Shown: positions 40,111-53,080 of the stretch, piece by piece | Layout of the letters: each line of letters opens with the position of its first letter | How positions within the stretch are numbered: position 1 is the stretch's first letter | Assembly (NCBI RefSeq): GCF_030684315.1 | Contig: NC_081397.1 | Location: 13,974,421 to 14,038,420 of the forward strand | DNA: 64,000 nt | Source: Stegostoma tigrinum | Taxonomy: Eukaryota | Direction of reading: 5' to 3' | Made by a program: the position numbers and the translations under genes | The notes under the pieces: model-generated | What the model was told of the DNA's origin: nothing | Database searches by the model: none | Seen by the model: the letters and a program-made list of their open reading frames with translations, nothing else

Positions 40111-40914
40111 AACAATGAGAATGTGAGAGTTATTATCATTCTTTTCTTGTCAGTTACTGCAACGTGAACAAGAGCAACTATTAATGTATGCCTTTCCGTT
40201 TCTGTTATGTCCATTTGTGAGTTTAGTAATTGTTGCAAACACCAGTTTTTGCTGTGTGACTGTGAGAGTGAAGTTCTCAATCCAAAATAATCAATTTCTA
40301 CTCTTGTGCATCAAAATAGTTTTATTCTCTGGCCACCAGTGATATTCTGTGACTGTGCTTCAATCTGAGAGAATAGTTATGAGGGCGTAGAGAGTGAGCC
40401 TTAACCCCATTTCCATTTGCAGTTTATGAGCTTTCTGTCAGTCTGAGGGGGTAAGGAGGTGGAGAGCAGATTATATTCCCAACAATTTGTGGAAACAGTT
40501 GAAGAGTACAAATGTTCTAGAGCAAGCACAATGGGCTGAATGGCCTGCTTCTGACATGTACTTGGTCTGTATTTCTGAGGCATTTTCATGAATCCAAGTG
40601 TTGGATAGTGCGTCAGTGTAAAGATATCATGTAGAAATGGACAGACAAGCTTATTTTTCTTTTAAAAAAAGCTGGCCCTGTGAGTCAGTGTAGGCTGTTT
40701 CCAGTTTTACTGAGATACTTAGTTTCACTTTGTACTGGGATATTGAGTTTTTTTTCATTTATTTATTTGGAGAATTTTATTCTGTATCTGACAGACCACG
40801 CTGCATTCTCTACTTGTCAGGCTTTGGCAGAGAAAGTGCATTTGCAATTCACATTATTTAATTTCTGTGTCTTTGTATGGGACATCATTCATCAAAAGAT
40901 AATTTTAGTCCTAA

Positions 40915-41445
40915 ATAAAAACTCAAAAAACTTCAGGTGCTGCAAGTCAGAAACAAACATGGAATTTGCTGGAAACGCAAAGCAGGTCTGGCAGCACGTG
41001 AAGAGAAATCATGGTTAACTTTTCAAACACTTCCTCAGTTCTGCGCAAAGGTCACTGGATCCGAAACATTAATTCTGATTTCTCTTCACGCATGCTGCCA
41101 GGCCTGCTGAGCTTTTCCAGAAAATTCTGTTTTTGTTTACTATTTCTGTCCTCAGTCACTGACAAACATCAAAAGTTTCCTTCCATATTTGTACTCAATA
41201 CCTACTCCATATAATGGTCATTGTAACAACTTGATCTGTTTGTATCAGACTTAAATGGAACTGCAGATGCTGGAGAATCCGAGATAACAAGGTGTGGAGC
41301 TGGATGAAGACAGCAGGCCAAGCAGCATCTCAGGGGCAGGAAAGCTGACATTTTGGGCCTAAACTTTTCATCAGAAACATCAGCTTTCCTGCTCCTATGA
41401 TGCTGCTTGGCCTGTTGTGTTCATCCAGCTCTAAACCTTGTGATC
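40915..41445. mobile_element. Two fold-back (tail-to-tail) Penelope pLTR-derived short elements
   Basis: 40915-41140 and 41255-41445 are each internally inverted. Confidence 0.7.
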
Positions 41446-41766
41446 AGGTTGTATACCTGGATTATAACTATAAAAATACCCTCGCTTAATGTGAATTCAA
41501 TGTAGTTATTGAGAGTATATTTGTGACATAAATTCAATCTATTCTCTTCAAATGCTGTGAATGACAATGGGCTGTCAAAGATAAACTTGACTGGAACTGG
41601 GTTAGTTTATATTGAGAAGAGGAAAAAAAAGGTTACATTTTGTATTTTGTTGGTGGCATTTGTTCGCTGGTTTAATTGTTTCTTTCTGGAAATTGCGTTC
41701 AATGCGAGTCTTACTTAAACCGCGACTGTGGAAAGCACAGTCTCCGCTCTGACAGTGGGAACATAC

Positions 41767-41847
41767 CTGCTGTTAGTAGGAGCAGCTAGTCACACTTGGT
41801 GTTGCACCACGGAAACGTGACATTGTCTTGGCACATCAGATAATTGC
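41767..41847 (-). pseudogene. Repeated exon copy E (81 nt, in-frame TAG)
   Basis: ctttctccAG / GTATGT intact; NYLMCQDNVTFPWCNTKCD*. Confidence 0.5.
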
Positions 41848-42463
41848 CTGGAGAAAGACAAAAGAGAATTCTCCCGTAAATCGACATCTACCGAGTTTCA
41901 AAATATCAAAGCTCATCAATAGAAAATTTCGTGAATACTCATGATAATTCCTTGTTTTAAAGCCAACGAGTCGAACAGAAAAGGGTCCGGTTACACAACT
42001 AACCCGGGTTCCTCCTCTTTCTTTTAGCGAAATTCTAAAACAATTTACTAAGATACAAAAGCTAACCAGATCCACGAATGGAATGCTTACACGGTTCAAT
42101 ATCCAGCTCCCAATACACGAACTATTGAAGGGAAGCACAACAGGCACGATTTCAAATATTTTGCTGGAAACTCTTAATCCGGTGACTGCTATGTTTCTCC
42201 TTCGCGGGATGAGCCCGTTTGCACACACTGCTTTGTTTTATTCACGGTTCAATGCAAACTCGCAACTAACAGCGTGAAACAGCAGCCAAACAATGAATTT
42301 CCATCAGTGTTTAGAAGACTAAAAGCTACAAGCCTGACCCCCAGCAGCAGCTTCTTGCCGCTGCGTCTCCCTCAGGAGGCCCACACACAGCCCGAGAAAG
42401 GCCTCTCTCTCCCCGCCCCCAGGCCGCTCACTCCAAGTTCCGGGACCAGTTCCTGCTCCGCTC

Positions 42464-42554
42464 TCTGATAAAGGGTCTCGGCCCGAAACGTCAGCTTTTG
42501 TGCTCCTGAGATGCTGCTTGGCCTGCTGTGCTCATCCAGCCTCACATTTTATTA
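42464..42554 (+). mobile_element. Short Penelope pLTR insertion with 13-bp target-site duplication
   Basis: tcctgctccgctc at 42451-42463 and 42555-42567; absent from paralogous cassettes. Confidence 0.88.
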
Positions 42555-42653
42555 TCCTGCTCCGCTCGGCCTCTTACCAACAGTCCCCGGGTCTCCCTGA
42601 ACTGAACCCGAATCAATGCCGGTCTCGGAGCCCACTCTGTGTCCCAGACTCAC

Positions 42654-42717
42654 ATCTCGATGCGCTGCTGGAAGGAGCCTGCTGTTCCCTCGCTTCCCTG
42701 GGCGCTGGTCTCTCCAT
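42654..42717 (-). CDS. Putative first exon of unknown gene beta (identical to 16177-16240)
   Basis: Kozak ATG, GTGAGT donor; NRF1-like cgcatgcgc at 42793 and 42853; AP-1 at 42752. Confidence 0.45.
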
Positions 42718-43829
42718 TGCGGCCTGTTTCAAACAAACCTCTTCCACTCACTGAGTCAATGCCCCTCAATAGCGGCTCAGCGGAAAGCTTCACGCATGCG
42801 CTCCTCTGGTCAGCAACAAGCAGCTTTTTCGGGGTGGGGATGGCAAGGATCACGCATGCGCTGCTTTCCCCGCTGTGTCCCAGAAACAAACATCAATTGG
42901 TTACTTCCCCAATTCCCTTTCCTCCCAGTTTAAGCAAAGCGAATGGAGGCTGTGGGGGAAATGGCATAAAGTGTTTCAAACTGGGGCATTGGCCCTTTGT
43001 GAAGCTCCAATGGAGCTCATTCCCGGGTCATGTTAATATCTGCCTCCCCCCGGCTTGCTCACAATCTGGTGGGGAAGCGGAGAAGCTGGCAGCCGTTCGG
43101 CCCATTTAATATTCTCTACTATTCAATAAAATCACGTCTGATCTCATGTTAACTGTGATATTTAATTCTGCTGGCCTTCGTCCCATATTGACTCACAGAG
43201 CGATGGAATAAATGCGACATTATGACGAAGGCAGAATGTAACTGCTGTGGGGAGTCTTGCAGCGCAGAGGTAGTTTCCCTATTTCTGGGTCAGGTGGGCC
43301 GTCCTAAAGCCACACCCGGACCAGAGGAGTGTAATAATATCCCTGGGCCCGATGCAAATACCAGTTTGGAATTGATGACTGATTTTATTCTCAGTATGCT
43401 GCAGGCAGAAACCTTGTGATGAATGGGTTACCGCAACGAATGACCCACCTGTTTTTTCTGGTTTGCGCATTCCTGGGAAGAGGACGTCTCTGGCTTGGTC
43501 CAGCATTTATTGCGCGTCCCTAGTTTCCCCCGTTGAGAAGTTGGTGCTGAGCCACCTTCTAAAATAGTTCTGGTCCATGTGCTGCCCACATTGCAGTTCG
43601 CAGGTAGATCCAGGGTCTTGATTCAGAGACAGTGAAGGCAAGGGGACGTATTTCCAAGTTAGGATTGTGGGTGATTGGAGGGGAACGTGGCTAGTATCAA
43701 GGTGGTGTTCCTCCACATCAACTGCCCAAGCCCTTTCAAATGGATATATTCGTGAGTATGGATGGTGGTCTTTTTACAGTCTACAAAACTGTCATTTTAG
43801 AGGGCTATTTAACACCGTTTTTGAAATTT

Positions 43830-44390
43830 GAGAAGAGATTCACTAGTATTTGCAGAGTATGTAAGGCTCGAGTCATATAGAAAGGATGGATAGGGGTCAA
43901 GATCCATAACGTTTCCTGTCCCTAAGATGCTGCTTGACCTGTCGGGTTCATTCAGTTCCACACCGTGTTTTCATGGATAGGCTGGGGCTTTTTTTCACTG
44001 CAGAGTAGGATGTTGAGAAGTCACCTTCTCACAGTTTGTAAAATACTGATGGGGTGAGACAGAGTTAATGGTCGTTGAACTTTGTTTGGGATGGAGGGAA
44101 TAGAAAACCAGGGCGGACATTTTAATGTTACAGGCGAGAGATTGAAAAAAAAAGACACGAGGGGCGTTTTTTAAACATAGAACACGGAAGGATGTGGAAT
44201 AAACTACCTGTCGAAATGGTCGACGTGGCTATAATGACATTAAAACGACATTTGGAGAAGTGCATAAACACGACAGTTTTGAAAAGAAATAGGTCAGGGA
44301 CAGGTAGATGGAACGAATTCAATTTGGTATTATACTCGGCCTCTACTGATTGGACTGAACGGTCTGTATCCTCACTGTATGACTCTGTGG
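43830..44390 (+). mobile_element. Decayed CR1 3' fragment with pLTR insert
   Basis: MWNKLPVEMV..FKRHL-like remnant and CR1 tail. Confidence 0.6.
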
Positions 44391-45345
44391 GAGAAAAAAA
44401 AAGAGACAAGCCATTGAGTTGGATGATCTGCCATTTTCATGGTGAGTGGGAGGAGAGGTTTGAAGGGCTGATGGGTGTTATTTGCCCAGTTGCTATTCTT
44501 TACGTTTATATGAGTGTGATTCCCAGAAACGATGTTGAGTATTGTCACTGCAATTGAAAAAAAAACTGATCTCGGTGATCAATGTAACTTCAAACCAGAT
44601 GATTGGCTCTTGCAGCTGAATATGCAGCAGAGCGAATCTCCGGCGCACAGACGTCGGAGAGTTTCACAATTACTGAGGAGAAAAACTACAACTAATTCCC
44701 TGGGTACCGGAGCACAGGCTGAAAGGGGGAGAAAGTACATCCTTCCACAGGTACATTTAGAGATATTTCTGCCCTGTGACTGTATGGATGTGAATATTGA
44801 GTCAGAGAGACTGTAGGAAAAGGGCGGGCGGGATAGTCACACGGAAATGTGCTTGTGTGTCCGCTCATATCATATTTCCACGTCTCTCTTGTGCAAATCA
44901 AAAAGATTTTCATTTCAAATCATCCCCCTGCTCCTCCACTAAACCCTAAAGATAGAATTCAAGGCAATATATTTGTTGATTTCAAGATTTCAGTCTAAAA
45001 ATGATGATAATGCCAGCGCTCAGCTCAGACAGCGCGATCAGTGCAGCAGCAAAATGCGGTAAAATCGACAACGGAGCCGTCAATTCGAGTGAAAACCTTT
45101 CAGCCGCAAACCTTCCTGTGTCAGGGTCAGGAACGATCGAGCCTGGCTCTCTGGAGATGCGGAATGGCAGAGGAATTGGAGAGTTTGTGCCGAGAGACAG
45201 GCAGGCAGCAGGAGCAGGGAGCTGAGGGCAGGTTGTCTCCGCGCCGTCCGCTCGCTGCCTTTAAGTTGCTCAGTGCCGCCACCAGCAGCTTCATTGCTGA
45301 CCCAGTTCAGTCTGACAGAGAGAGATTCAGCGCAGAGTTCCCGAC

Positions 45346-45984
45346 ATGAGCGACAGTGCAGCCGCCGAAACGGCTCCTCCAGCCTCCGGCAGCACCAAAC
45401 CCAAGTCTCCAAAGAAGAAGAAGGCGGCGGCTCCCAGGAAGAAACCAGCCGGTCCCGGGTTGGGCGAGCGGATTGTGAAGATTGTCGGGGAGAACAGCGA
45501 TCGGAAGGGGACGTCTCTGGTCACTATAAAGAAGGCGCTGCAGAGAAGCGGGGTCAATGTGGAGAAGCAAAATGCACAGATCAGGATGGCGACCAAGAGG
45601 TGCCTGGCGAAAGGCTCCCTGGTTCTGGTGAAGGGCCAGGGCGTCTCCGGCTCCTTCAAACTCGCAAAGAATCCAGTCAAGGCAAAAGTGGGAAAGAAGG
45701 CGAGACCAGCAGCAGCCGCCAAGAAAGCAGCCGTGAAGAAAACAACGGCCAAGAAGGTGGCAGCGAAGAAGTCCCCAGCCAAGAAAGCAACCGGCAAGAA
45801 AGCGGGCGGCAAGAAGGCAGCAACGCCGAAGAAACCGGCGAAGAAAGCAGCGCCGAAGAAAAAGACTCCCGTGAAGAAGGTGATAAAGACCAAGAGCCCC
45901 AAGGCCGCAAAGCCGGCCCCGAAATCGAGGAAACCGAAGGCCAAGCCCAAAGCGAAAGTGACCAAGAAAGCAGCAAAGAAATGA
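45346..45984 (+). CDS. H1: Linker histone H1 (212 aa, divergent globular domain)
   Basis: Winged-helix core ending KGQGVSGSFKL; K/A/P-rich tail with SPKK/TPKK-type motifs. Confidence 0.97.
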   Translation: MSDSAAAETAPPASGSTKPKSPKKKKAAAPRKKPAGPGLGERIVKIVGENSDRKGTSLVTIKKALQRSGVNVEKQNAQIRMATKRCLAKGSLVLVKGQGVSGSFKLAKNPVKAKVGKKARPAAAAKKAAVKKTTAKKVAAKKSPAKKATGKKAGGKKAATPKKPAKKAAPKKKTPVKKVIKTKSPKAAKPAPKSRKPKAKPKAKVTKKAAKK

Positions 45985-46020
45985 AGCAGTCCGTGTAACA
46001 TGTAACAAACTGAACCCAAA

Positions 46021-46036
46021 GGCTCTTCTCAGAGCC
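46021..46036 (+). terminator. Histone 3' stem-loop (H1), HDE gagagagctg 46051-46060
   Basis: cccaaaGGCTCTTCTCAGAGCCgcca. Confidence 0.95.
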
Positions 46037-46084
46037 GCCACATCTTTCAGGAGAGAGCTGAGCCTGGATCGAATGATCCCTGAA

Positions 46085-46266
46085 ATAACATGGTGCAGAG
46101 CTGGATGACCATAACAGGCCAAGCAGCATCAGAGGAGCAGGAAAGCTGACGTTTCAGGCCCAGATCCTTCTTCCTGCTTCTCTGGTGCTGCTTGGCTTGC
46201 TCTGTCCATCCGACTCTACACCTTGTTATTTCAGATTGTCCAGCATCTGCAATTCCGTCTATCTCT
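46085..46266. mobile_element. Fold-back Penelope pLTR-derived element just 3' of H1
   Basis: aggccaagcagcatcagaggagcaggaa followed by its inverse; aatgatccctg repeated on both flanks. Confidence 0.75.
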
Positions 46267-46996
46267 CAAATGATCCCTGTCCTGGATCCGAGTGCAGACA
46301 CAGCATAAACTTGAATTGATTCGAGTAACTTAAATATCACATTTCCGAGAGCAGAAACTGAGAATGGGGATGGTATCACATGGGGAGAGTCACTGGAACT
46401 GCATCTGGCTATTTCATACCGCGACTTGTAATTCTGCCCAGACACAAATCTTACATAATGCAGTACATGCATCTCATTAACCCTTCCAGGAATGTTAATT
46501 TGTTTAATTTTGATGATAGGACCTCTGGCGATGTTTTAACGGTGTATTCCTCCCATTTACCTGCGAAAGACATTTCAGGCAGTAATTACAAATTGTGTTC
46601 GGAATGCTTACAATCTGGGAGAAATAAACATGTCCCGAAAAAAAGGGATTTTGCAATTAATCTCTTTGAAGATGTTTAATTCGGCGTGTTTGATAAGATT
46701 GATTACCCACGGTTACACGGCTGGTTGATCAGTTTGCCTGGGCTGTATCAATATCCGCGCTTCCCTCCTGCCTGTTGCAGACAGATCAGGCAATGATCCC
46801 GTGTCCTGTCCGCGCTGTGGGCAAGGTCGGTTTCAAGCAAATTGGTGTGTAAGCAGCGCAGGGGTGTTCCTTACTCCCAAACCACCAAGACGCCGGCAGC
46901 CGATGAAAGGAGCGCATGCGTGAGACCCTCCCCCAGTGATGGCATTGAGGAGTGTTGACTCAGTGAATGGAAGAGGTTTGTTTGAAACAGGCCGCA

Positions 46997-47060
46997 ATGG
47001 AGAGACCAGCGCCCAGGGAAGCGAGGGAACAGCAGGCTCCTTCCAGCAGCGCATCGAGAT
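46997..47060 (+). CDS. Putative first exon of unknown gene gamma (identical to the other two)
   Basis: gccgcaATGG..GAGAT/GTGAGT; NRF1-like gcgcatgcg 46912-46920. Confidence 0.45.
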
Positions 47061-47849
47061 GTGAGTCTGGGACACAGAAGGGGCTCCGAGACCGGCACTG
47101 ATTCGCGCTCAGTTCAGGGAGAACCGGGGGCTGTTGGTCAGAGGCGGAGGGGAGCAGGAACTGGTCCCGGAACTTGGAGTGAGCGGCCTGGGGGCGGGGA
47201 GAGAGAGGCCTTTCTCGGGCTGTGTGTGGGCCTGCGGAGGGAGACACAGCGGCAAGAAGCTGCTGCTGGGGATCAGTCTTGTAGCTTTTAGTCTTCTAAA
47301 CACTGATGGAAATTCATTGTTTGGCTGCTGTTTCACGCTGTTAGTTGCCAGTTGTGGGGCTTCCGATAAAGGACGTAGATTGGAGTTAACAGATTATACG
47401 TCTCGGGGGGGAAAAAACACATTTGAAACAGCGGCTGCTGTTCTTTTCAACAGTGTGTTGGGATCTGGTAACATGAGCTGTGTCAACAGTGTAGCATCTT
47501 CAGGTCGCACCTCAGATGGAGCTTTGCAATTATTGCTCAGTTTCTGAATCTCACTCCGTTGGTATCGAATTACATATTTGAAAAACAATTCCTCAGACAA
47601 GGAGCAGCTCGATGTAAGAATGGAATCAGACTTGTGTTTGAATTGATGCCCTTTAAAGAAAAGACTGTGTCAAGAGAATTCTATGCTGTGGTCCAACAGG
47701 TTTATTTTGGAGTTCTGTTGCTTTGGGAGGTGAAGTTCAAGAAACGAAACACCCTAAAAACTGTTCACTGAATATATGTTAATCTGATTGATATTGTCAA
47801 ATTTGGCTGATGTTGATTTACAGGAGATAACTCTTCTGTCTTCCTCCAG

Positions 47850-47921
47850 GAAAGTACTCGAAGAAACAATATTTCCTTGTTACAAAGCCAAGTGTGAGCA
47901 GTTGCTTCTAACTAACACCAG
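47850..47921 (+). pseudogene. Repeated exon copy F (72 nt, 10-nt deletion, GC donor)
   Basis: ctcttctgtcttcctccAG acceptor; ..YKAKCEQLLLTNT / gcatgt. Confidence 0.5.
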
Positions 47922-48229
47922 GCATGTTCCTGCGATCAGAATGGAGAATATCTTTTCCAGAGTCAGAGTGGATTGAATCAGACTTGTTTTGAGCTCAATT
48001 TCCAGAAACTTGTCCAAGGAAACAACTAACCAAGCACAACTGAGGAAAGGCAAGTTTATTTTTTTTGTTTTCATTGTCAATTGACATCATGCTCGTTCCA
48101 ATTAATATCATTTGTCACCCATTAACATTCACATCATGTTTGAAATGTTAACAGCTAACTCCTTGTTGAAAGTACTGAAAACAGGAACTGAATCAAGTTT
48201 GCATTTAGGAAAGGTATTTTATAATATCT

Positions 48230-50050
48230 CAAACCGGATAGAGAGACTCCTCCTACCACCCCCTTTGATCATGACCCTGCCCCAATCGCCAAAACAATAT
48301 CAACTCCCAGACCATCCACAACCTCAGCACCTCAGGTGCTGTCCTGCCAACAGCCTCTGACCTCATCTTTCCCCAACGCCATGTTAACTGTTTCTGCCTT
48401 ATCCCCAAAATCCACATACCCGACTGCCCCGTTGATGCACACTGTCTCTCACGCTCCCACTTTCTGCAGTCAAATTGGGTGGCCACGGGTACCCGCATGG
48501 GCCCAAGCTATTCCTGCTTCTTGTAGGATACATGGACCAGCCCCTCTTCTGCAGCTACACTGTCCCCACCCCCACCTCTTCCTCTGTTATTTCGATGACT
48601 GTATCGGTGCCACCTCGTACTCCCTCAAGGAACTCACAGTTCATCCACTTTACTAACAGCTTCCACCCCAAGTTTAACTTCACCTGGACCATCTTAAGTA
48701 CATCTCTCTCCTTCCTGGACAACTCTGTTTGTTTGCATTTCTGGAAACTGGTAACTAATTCAAGCCAACCGACTGTCACAGCTACCTAGAATACACCTCC
48801 CCTCCCCTACCTTCCTGCAAGAATGCCATCCCCTATTCCCAATTCCTTCCTCTGTTTCATCTGCTCCCGAGATGAGGCATTCCAATCCCGGTCATTGCAG
48901 ACGTCCTTGTTTTTCAAGGACTGCCATTTCCACTCCACAGTGGCTGAATATGCCCTTGACCTCATCGCTCTCATTTCTGCAACTTGCCCCTTAGACAACC
49001 TCTTCACAATAACAAAAAAGACAGAATCTCCTTTGTCATCACGGATCACTCCAACAAACTCAGGATTCAACGCATCTTCCTCCGCCACTTCTGCCACCTT
49101 CAATCTCACCCCACTCCCAAGGACACTTTTCCCTCCCCAACCCTATCAACCTTCCAGAGGGACCGCTCTCTCTGACTCCCTCGTCCACTCCACACTCCCC
49201 ATAGCCCCACCGCCCCTGGCACATTTCACTGGAACCACAGGAAGTGCTACACCTGCCCCAATATCTCTCTCCCCTTATCTCCATCCCAGGTCCCAAGAAA
49301 ACCTTCCATGTTAAACAGATGTTCATCTGTATGTCCAGTAATACATTGTGTTGTGTCCACTGTTCCCGATGTGGCCCCCTCTACATTGGGGAAACCAAGC
49401 GGAGGCTTGGAAACCACTTTGAACACCTACGCTCACATCGTGACAAACGACTGCACCTCCCCAGTCATGAACCACTTCAACACCCCCTCCCACTCGTTGG
49501 ACGACATGTCCATCCCAGGCCGCCTCCAGTGCCACAACATTGCCACCGGTAGGGTGCACGAGCAGCAGCTCGTATTTCACTTGGGAGCCCTGCAGCACAA
49601 TGTTCTCAACAAGGGCGTCAAAATCTGTCCACCCCAAACCCATCCCTGCCTCCTTGACCTGTCCATCTTTTCTCCAACCAATCTGGTTCTCCCACCTCAC
49701 TGATCAACCCCCACCGGCACTTTGGCCTACTAACCTTAGCCCTGCCTCCTTGACCTGTCAGCCTTCCCTCAACCCACATCTGACCTCCCTCCCTACACTT
49801 ACCGTTACTGGCTCCAGCCCTGCCTCCTTGACTGGCCATCTTTTCTCCACCTATCTGGTCCTTTATCCACCTTTCGTCATCATCTCCTCACTTCTCTCTA
49901 TTTATTGCAGAGTCCCTTTCTCTTCTCTTCCCTTCCCCCCCCCCCCCCCCCCCCCCATTTCTGACAGAAGGGTCCAGTCCAAAAATGTCAGCTCTCCTGC
50001 TCCTCTGCTGCCTGACCTGCTGTGTTCATCCAGCTCTACACCTTGTTACC
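48230..50050 (+). mobile_element. Decayed Penelope-like element: RT remnant, GIY-YIG and pLTR
   Basis: LFLCYFDDCIGA (YxDD); FICMSSNTLCCVHCSRCGPLYIGETKRRLG. Confidence 0.88.
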
Positions 50051-51169
50051 CCCTCAAAGGAAGACATCATGTTACATAGTTTGAACAACCACGTCTGACA
50101 AGTAGCAAATCACTACTGAGCACATGCAAACACATAGACAAAGCTGCTGACTGAGTCCCAAATATGCTCATTGTATCAACACATAACATACAAAGACTGG
50201 GTAGACATTGTTGTCATACACACTGCAGGGAACAGAAGCAAATACATAGAAAATGTTTACAGCTCTGTTTTAAGAAAAGCAAGAGAGTCTACCAGACAGA
50301 AAAAAATACCTTTCAGCCCATGGGGTTGATAGTAGACAAAAACAAGCACCTGACATTTCTGATCCCGTTCAGCCAGCATTCCATTTCAATAAGTGTGCCA
50401 TGGCAGTATACGATTTGCCAATCTACCTTATCACAGCGTGATTCTCAATGTGTTCACCTTCAGGAATAGAAACCATATTTTCCGTCTGTCTTGCAAAATT
50501 TCTTCTTTTTGTGTGGGGTGAAGCATTGAAGTGAATTTGGCAACTAAGTTAAACAGTTTTCTAGTGTCACTTGTCCCTCCCAATGAAATATTCCAGAAAC
50601 ACGCAAGAAAACAGAATGCTGTTTCTTCACGTTAGTGATGTAATCATCATTTAAAGCAACGAAGAATGATCCATTTAACTAAATCTTGTAATTGTCAAAT
50701 TTTACTTTCTCACAGTTTGACCATATTCAATAAGGTTAAATCTTCTCCACTGTAAGACAGAAAATACAATTCCTTTTTCTTTCTTCATCCCCACGACAGC
50801 GCATTGTCAGTGTATTGCCGATGCCATGTGCCATTGCACAACAGCAGGGTTCTGTTATATCCATGGTAGTATAATTTAAGTGAATTAGCCGATACCCTTC
50901 CCTGTAGAAGGAACCTCGTGGTCATTCAGCTGAATACAGTTGATTTGTTCATTGCCCTTTTCTTTAGACTCAAAGAAAGGAATGCCACATCAATCTATTC
51001 CCTCAGCATTATTCACAAAATTCTGTTCCTGTGTACACAGAAAAGCTGATGTCACCTTGAAGAACAGCCCTTGATACAATTTCTGTCAGTTAGACTCTGC
51101 TCTCTTGGAGTTACAAAACCTTTTTGCTTTTACATCACACAATCCATTGCACAAAACAAATGCATGGAG

Positions 51170-51620
51170 CAATAACTGACAGGCACAGGCTGATAACTGC
51201 ACTCCTGCGTTCTTAAAGCAGAAACTGACAGGCTTGGGCTGATAACTAAACTCGGAGGTTCACAAAGCAGCAGCTGGCATGTACAGATTGATAACTATAT
51301 ACTTCGATATTCACAGAGCAGAAACAGACAGAGAAAGATTGACATCTGTACTCTTATTCATGTGGTATAAACATTATAGGTACAGATTTCTAACTCCACT
51401 CATTGACACACCGAGCAGAAACTGACAAGGAGAAATTATTTATATTTCAATACCAGGACTGGCAAATCCAAATTGCTAAGCACATTCACAGCACACTCAC
51501 TGGCTGATAGGGAACGATTGATAAATGTCCTGAAATAGTCATGTAACAGAGACTACCAGTTACAGATTTATAACTGCACACTCAGACACACAGCTGAAAC
51601 TGACAGGGACTGACCGGTAA
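51170..51620 (-). repeat. ~49-bp minisatellite, inverted orientation
   Basis: agcagaaactgacagg..gattgataact units. Confidence 0.75.
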
Positions 51621-51656
51621 ATGGACTCGGACATTCGTCTGGTAGTTAATGACAAA

Positions 51657-53080
51657 ACATAGAACGTAGAACATTACAGCACAGTACAGGCCCTTTGGCC
51701 CTCGATGTTGTTGTGCCGACCTGTCATACCGATCTCAAGCCCATCTAACCTACGCTATTCCATGTACATCCATATACTTATCCGATGACGCCTTAAATGT
51801 ACCCAAAGTTGGCGAATCTACTACCGTTGCAGGCAAAGTGTTCCATTCCCTTACTACTGAGTCAAGAAATTACCTCAGACATCTGTCCTATATCTTTCAC
51901 CCCTCAATTTAAAGCTATGCCCCCTTGTGCTCACCGTCACCATCCGAGGAAAACGGTTCTCCCTATCCACCCTATCTAACCCTCTGATTATTTTATATGT
52001 TTCAAGTCACCTCTCAACCACCTTCTCTGTAATGTAAGTCCCTCAGCCTTTCCTCAAGACCTTCCCTCCATATCAGGCAACATCCTAGTAAATCTCCTCT
52101 GCACCATTTCCAAAGCTTCCACATCCTTCTTATAATGCGGTGACCAGAACTGTACACAATGCTCCAAGTGCAGCCGCACCAGAGTTTTGTATGGCTTCAC
52201 CATAACCTCTTGGTTCCAGAACTCGATGAATAAAAGCTGAAACACTGTATGCCACCTTAACACCCCTGTCAACCTGGGTGGCAACTTTCAAGGATCTGTG
52301 TACATGGACGCCGAGATCTCTCTGCTCATCTACACTACTAAGAATCTTACCATTAGCCCTGTACTTTGCCTTCTGGTTACTCCTACCAAAGTGCATCACC
52401 TCATACTTGTCTGCATTAAAATCTATTTCCCACCTCTCAGCCCAGCTCTGCAGCTTATCGATGACTCTCTGCAACCTACAGCATCCTTCGTCACTATCCA
52501 CAGCTCCACCGACCTTTGGTGTCGTCTGCAAATGTACTAACCCATCCTTCTACGCCCTCATCCAGGTCATTTATAAAAATGACAAACAGCAGTGGACCCA
52601 ACAGCGACCCTTGCGGTACACCATTAGTAACTGCTCTCCAGGATGAACATTTCCCATCAACTACCACCCTCTGTCTTCTTTCAGCAGGCCAATTTCCGAT
52701 CTAAACTGCTATATCTCCCACAATTCCATTCCTCCGCATTTTGTACAATAGCGTCTTGTGGGGAATCTTATCAAATGCCTTGCTGAAAACGATAAACACC
52801 ACATCAACCGGTTTACTCTCATCTACCTGTTTGGTCACCTTCTCAAAGAACTCTAAGGTTTGTGAGGCACGACCTTCCCTTCACAAAACCATGCTGACTA
52901 TCCCTAATCAATTTTATTCTTTTCTAGAATATAAATCCGATCCCTTATAACCTTTTCCAACACTTCACCAACAACTGTGGTAAGGCTCACTGGTCTATAA
53001 TTACCAGGGTTGTCTCTACTCCCCTTCTTGAACAGGGAAACCACATTTGCTATCCTCCAGTCATCTGGCACTATTCCTGA
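51657..53080 (-). mobile_element. CR1/HER1 LINE ORF2 3' half, fragmented
   Basis: VPDDWRIANVVSLFKKGSRDNPGNYRPVSLT; [11 protein letters not shown]; LEHCVQFWSPHYKKD. Confidence 0.93.

Noticed and set aside
48230-50050. Autonomous Penelope element
   Set aside because: RT and endonuclease broken by frameshifts and deletions
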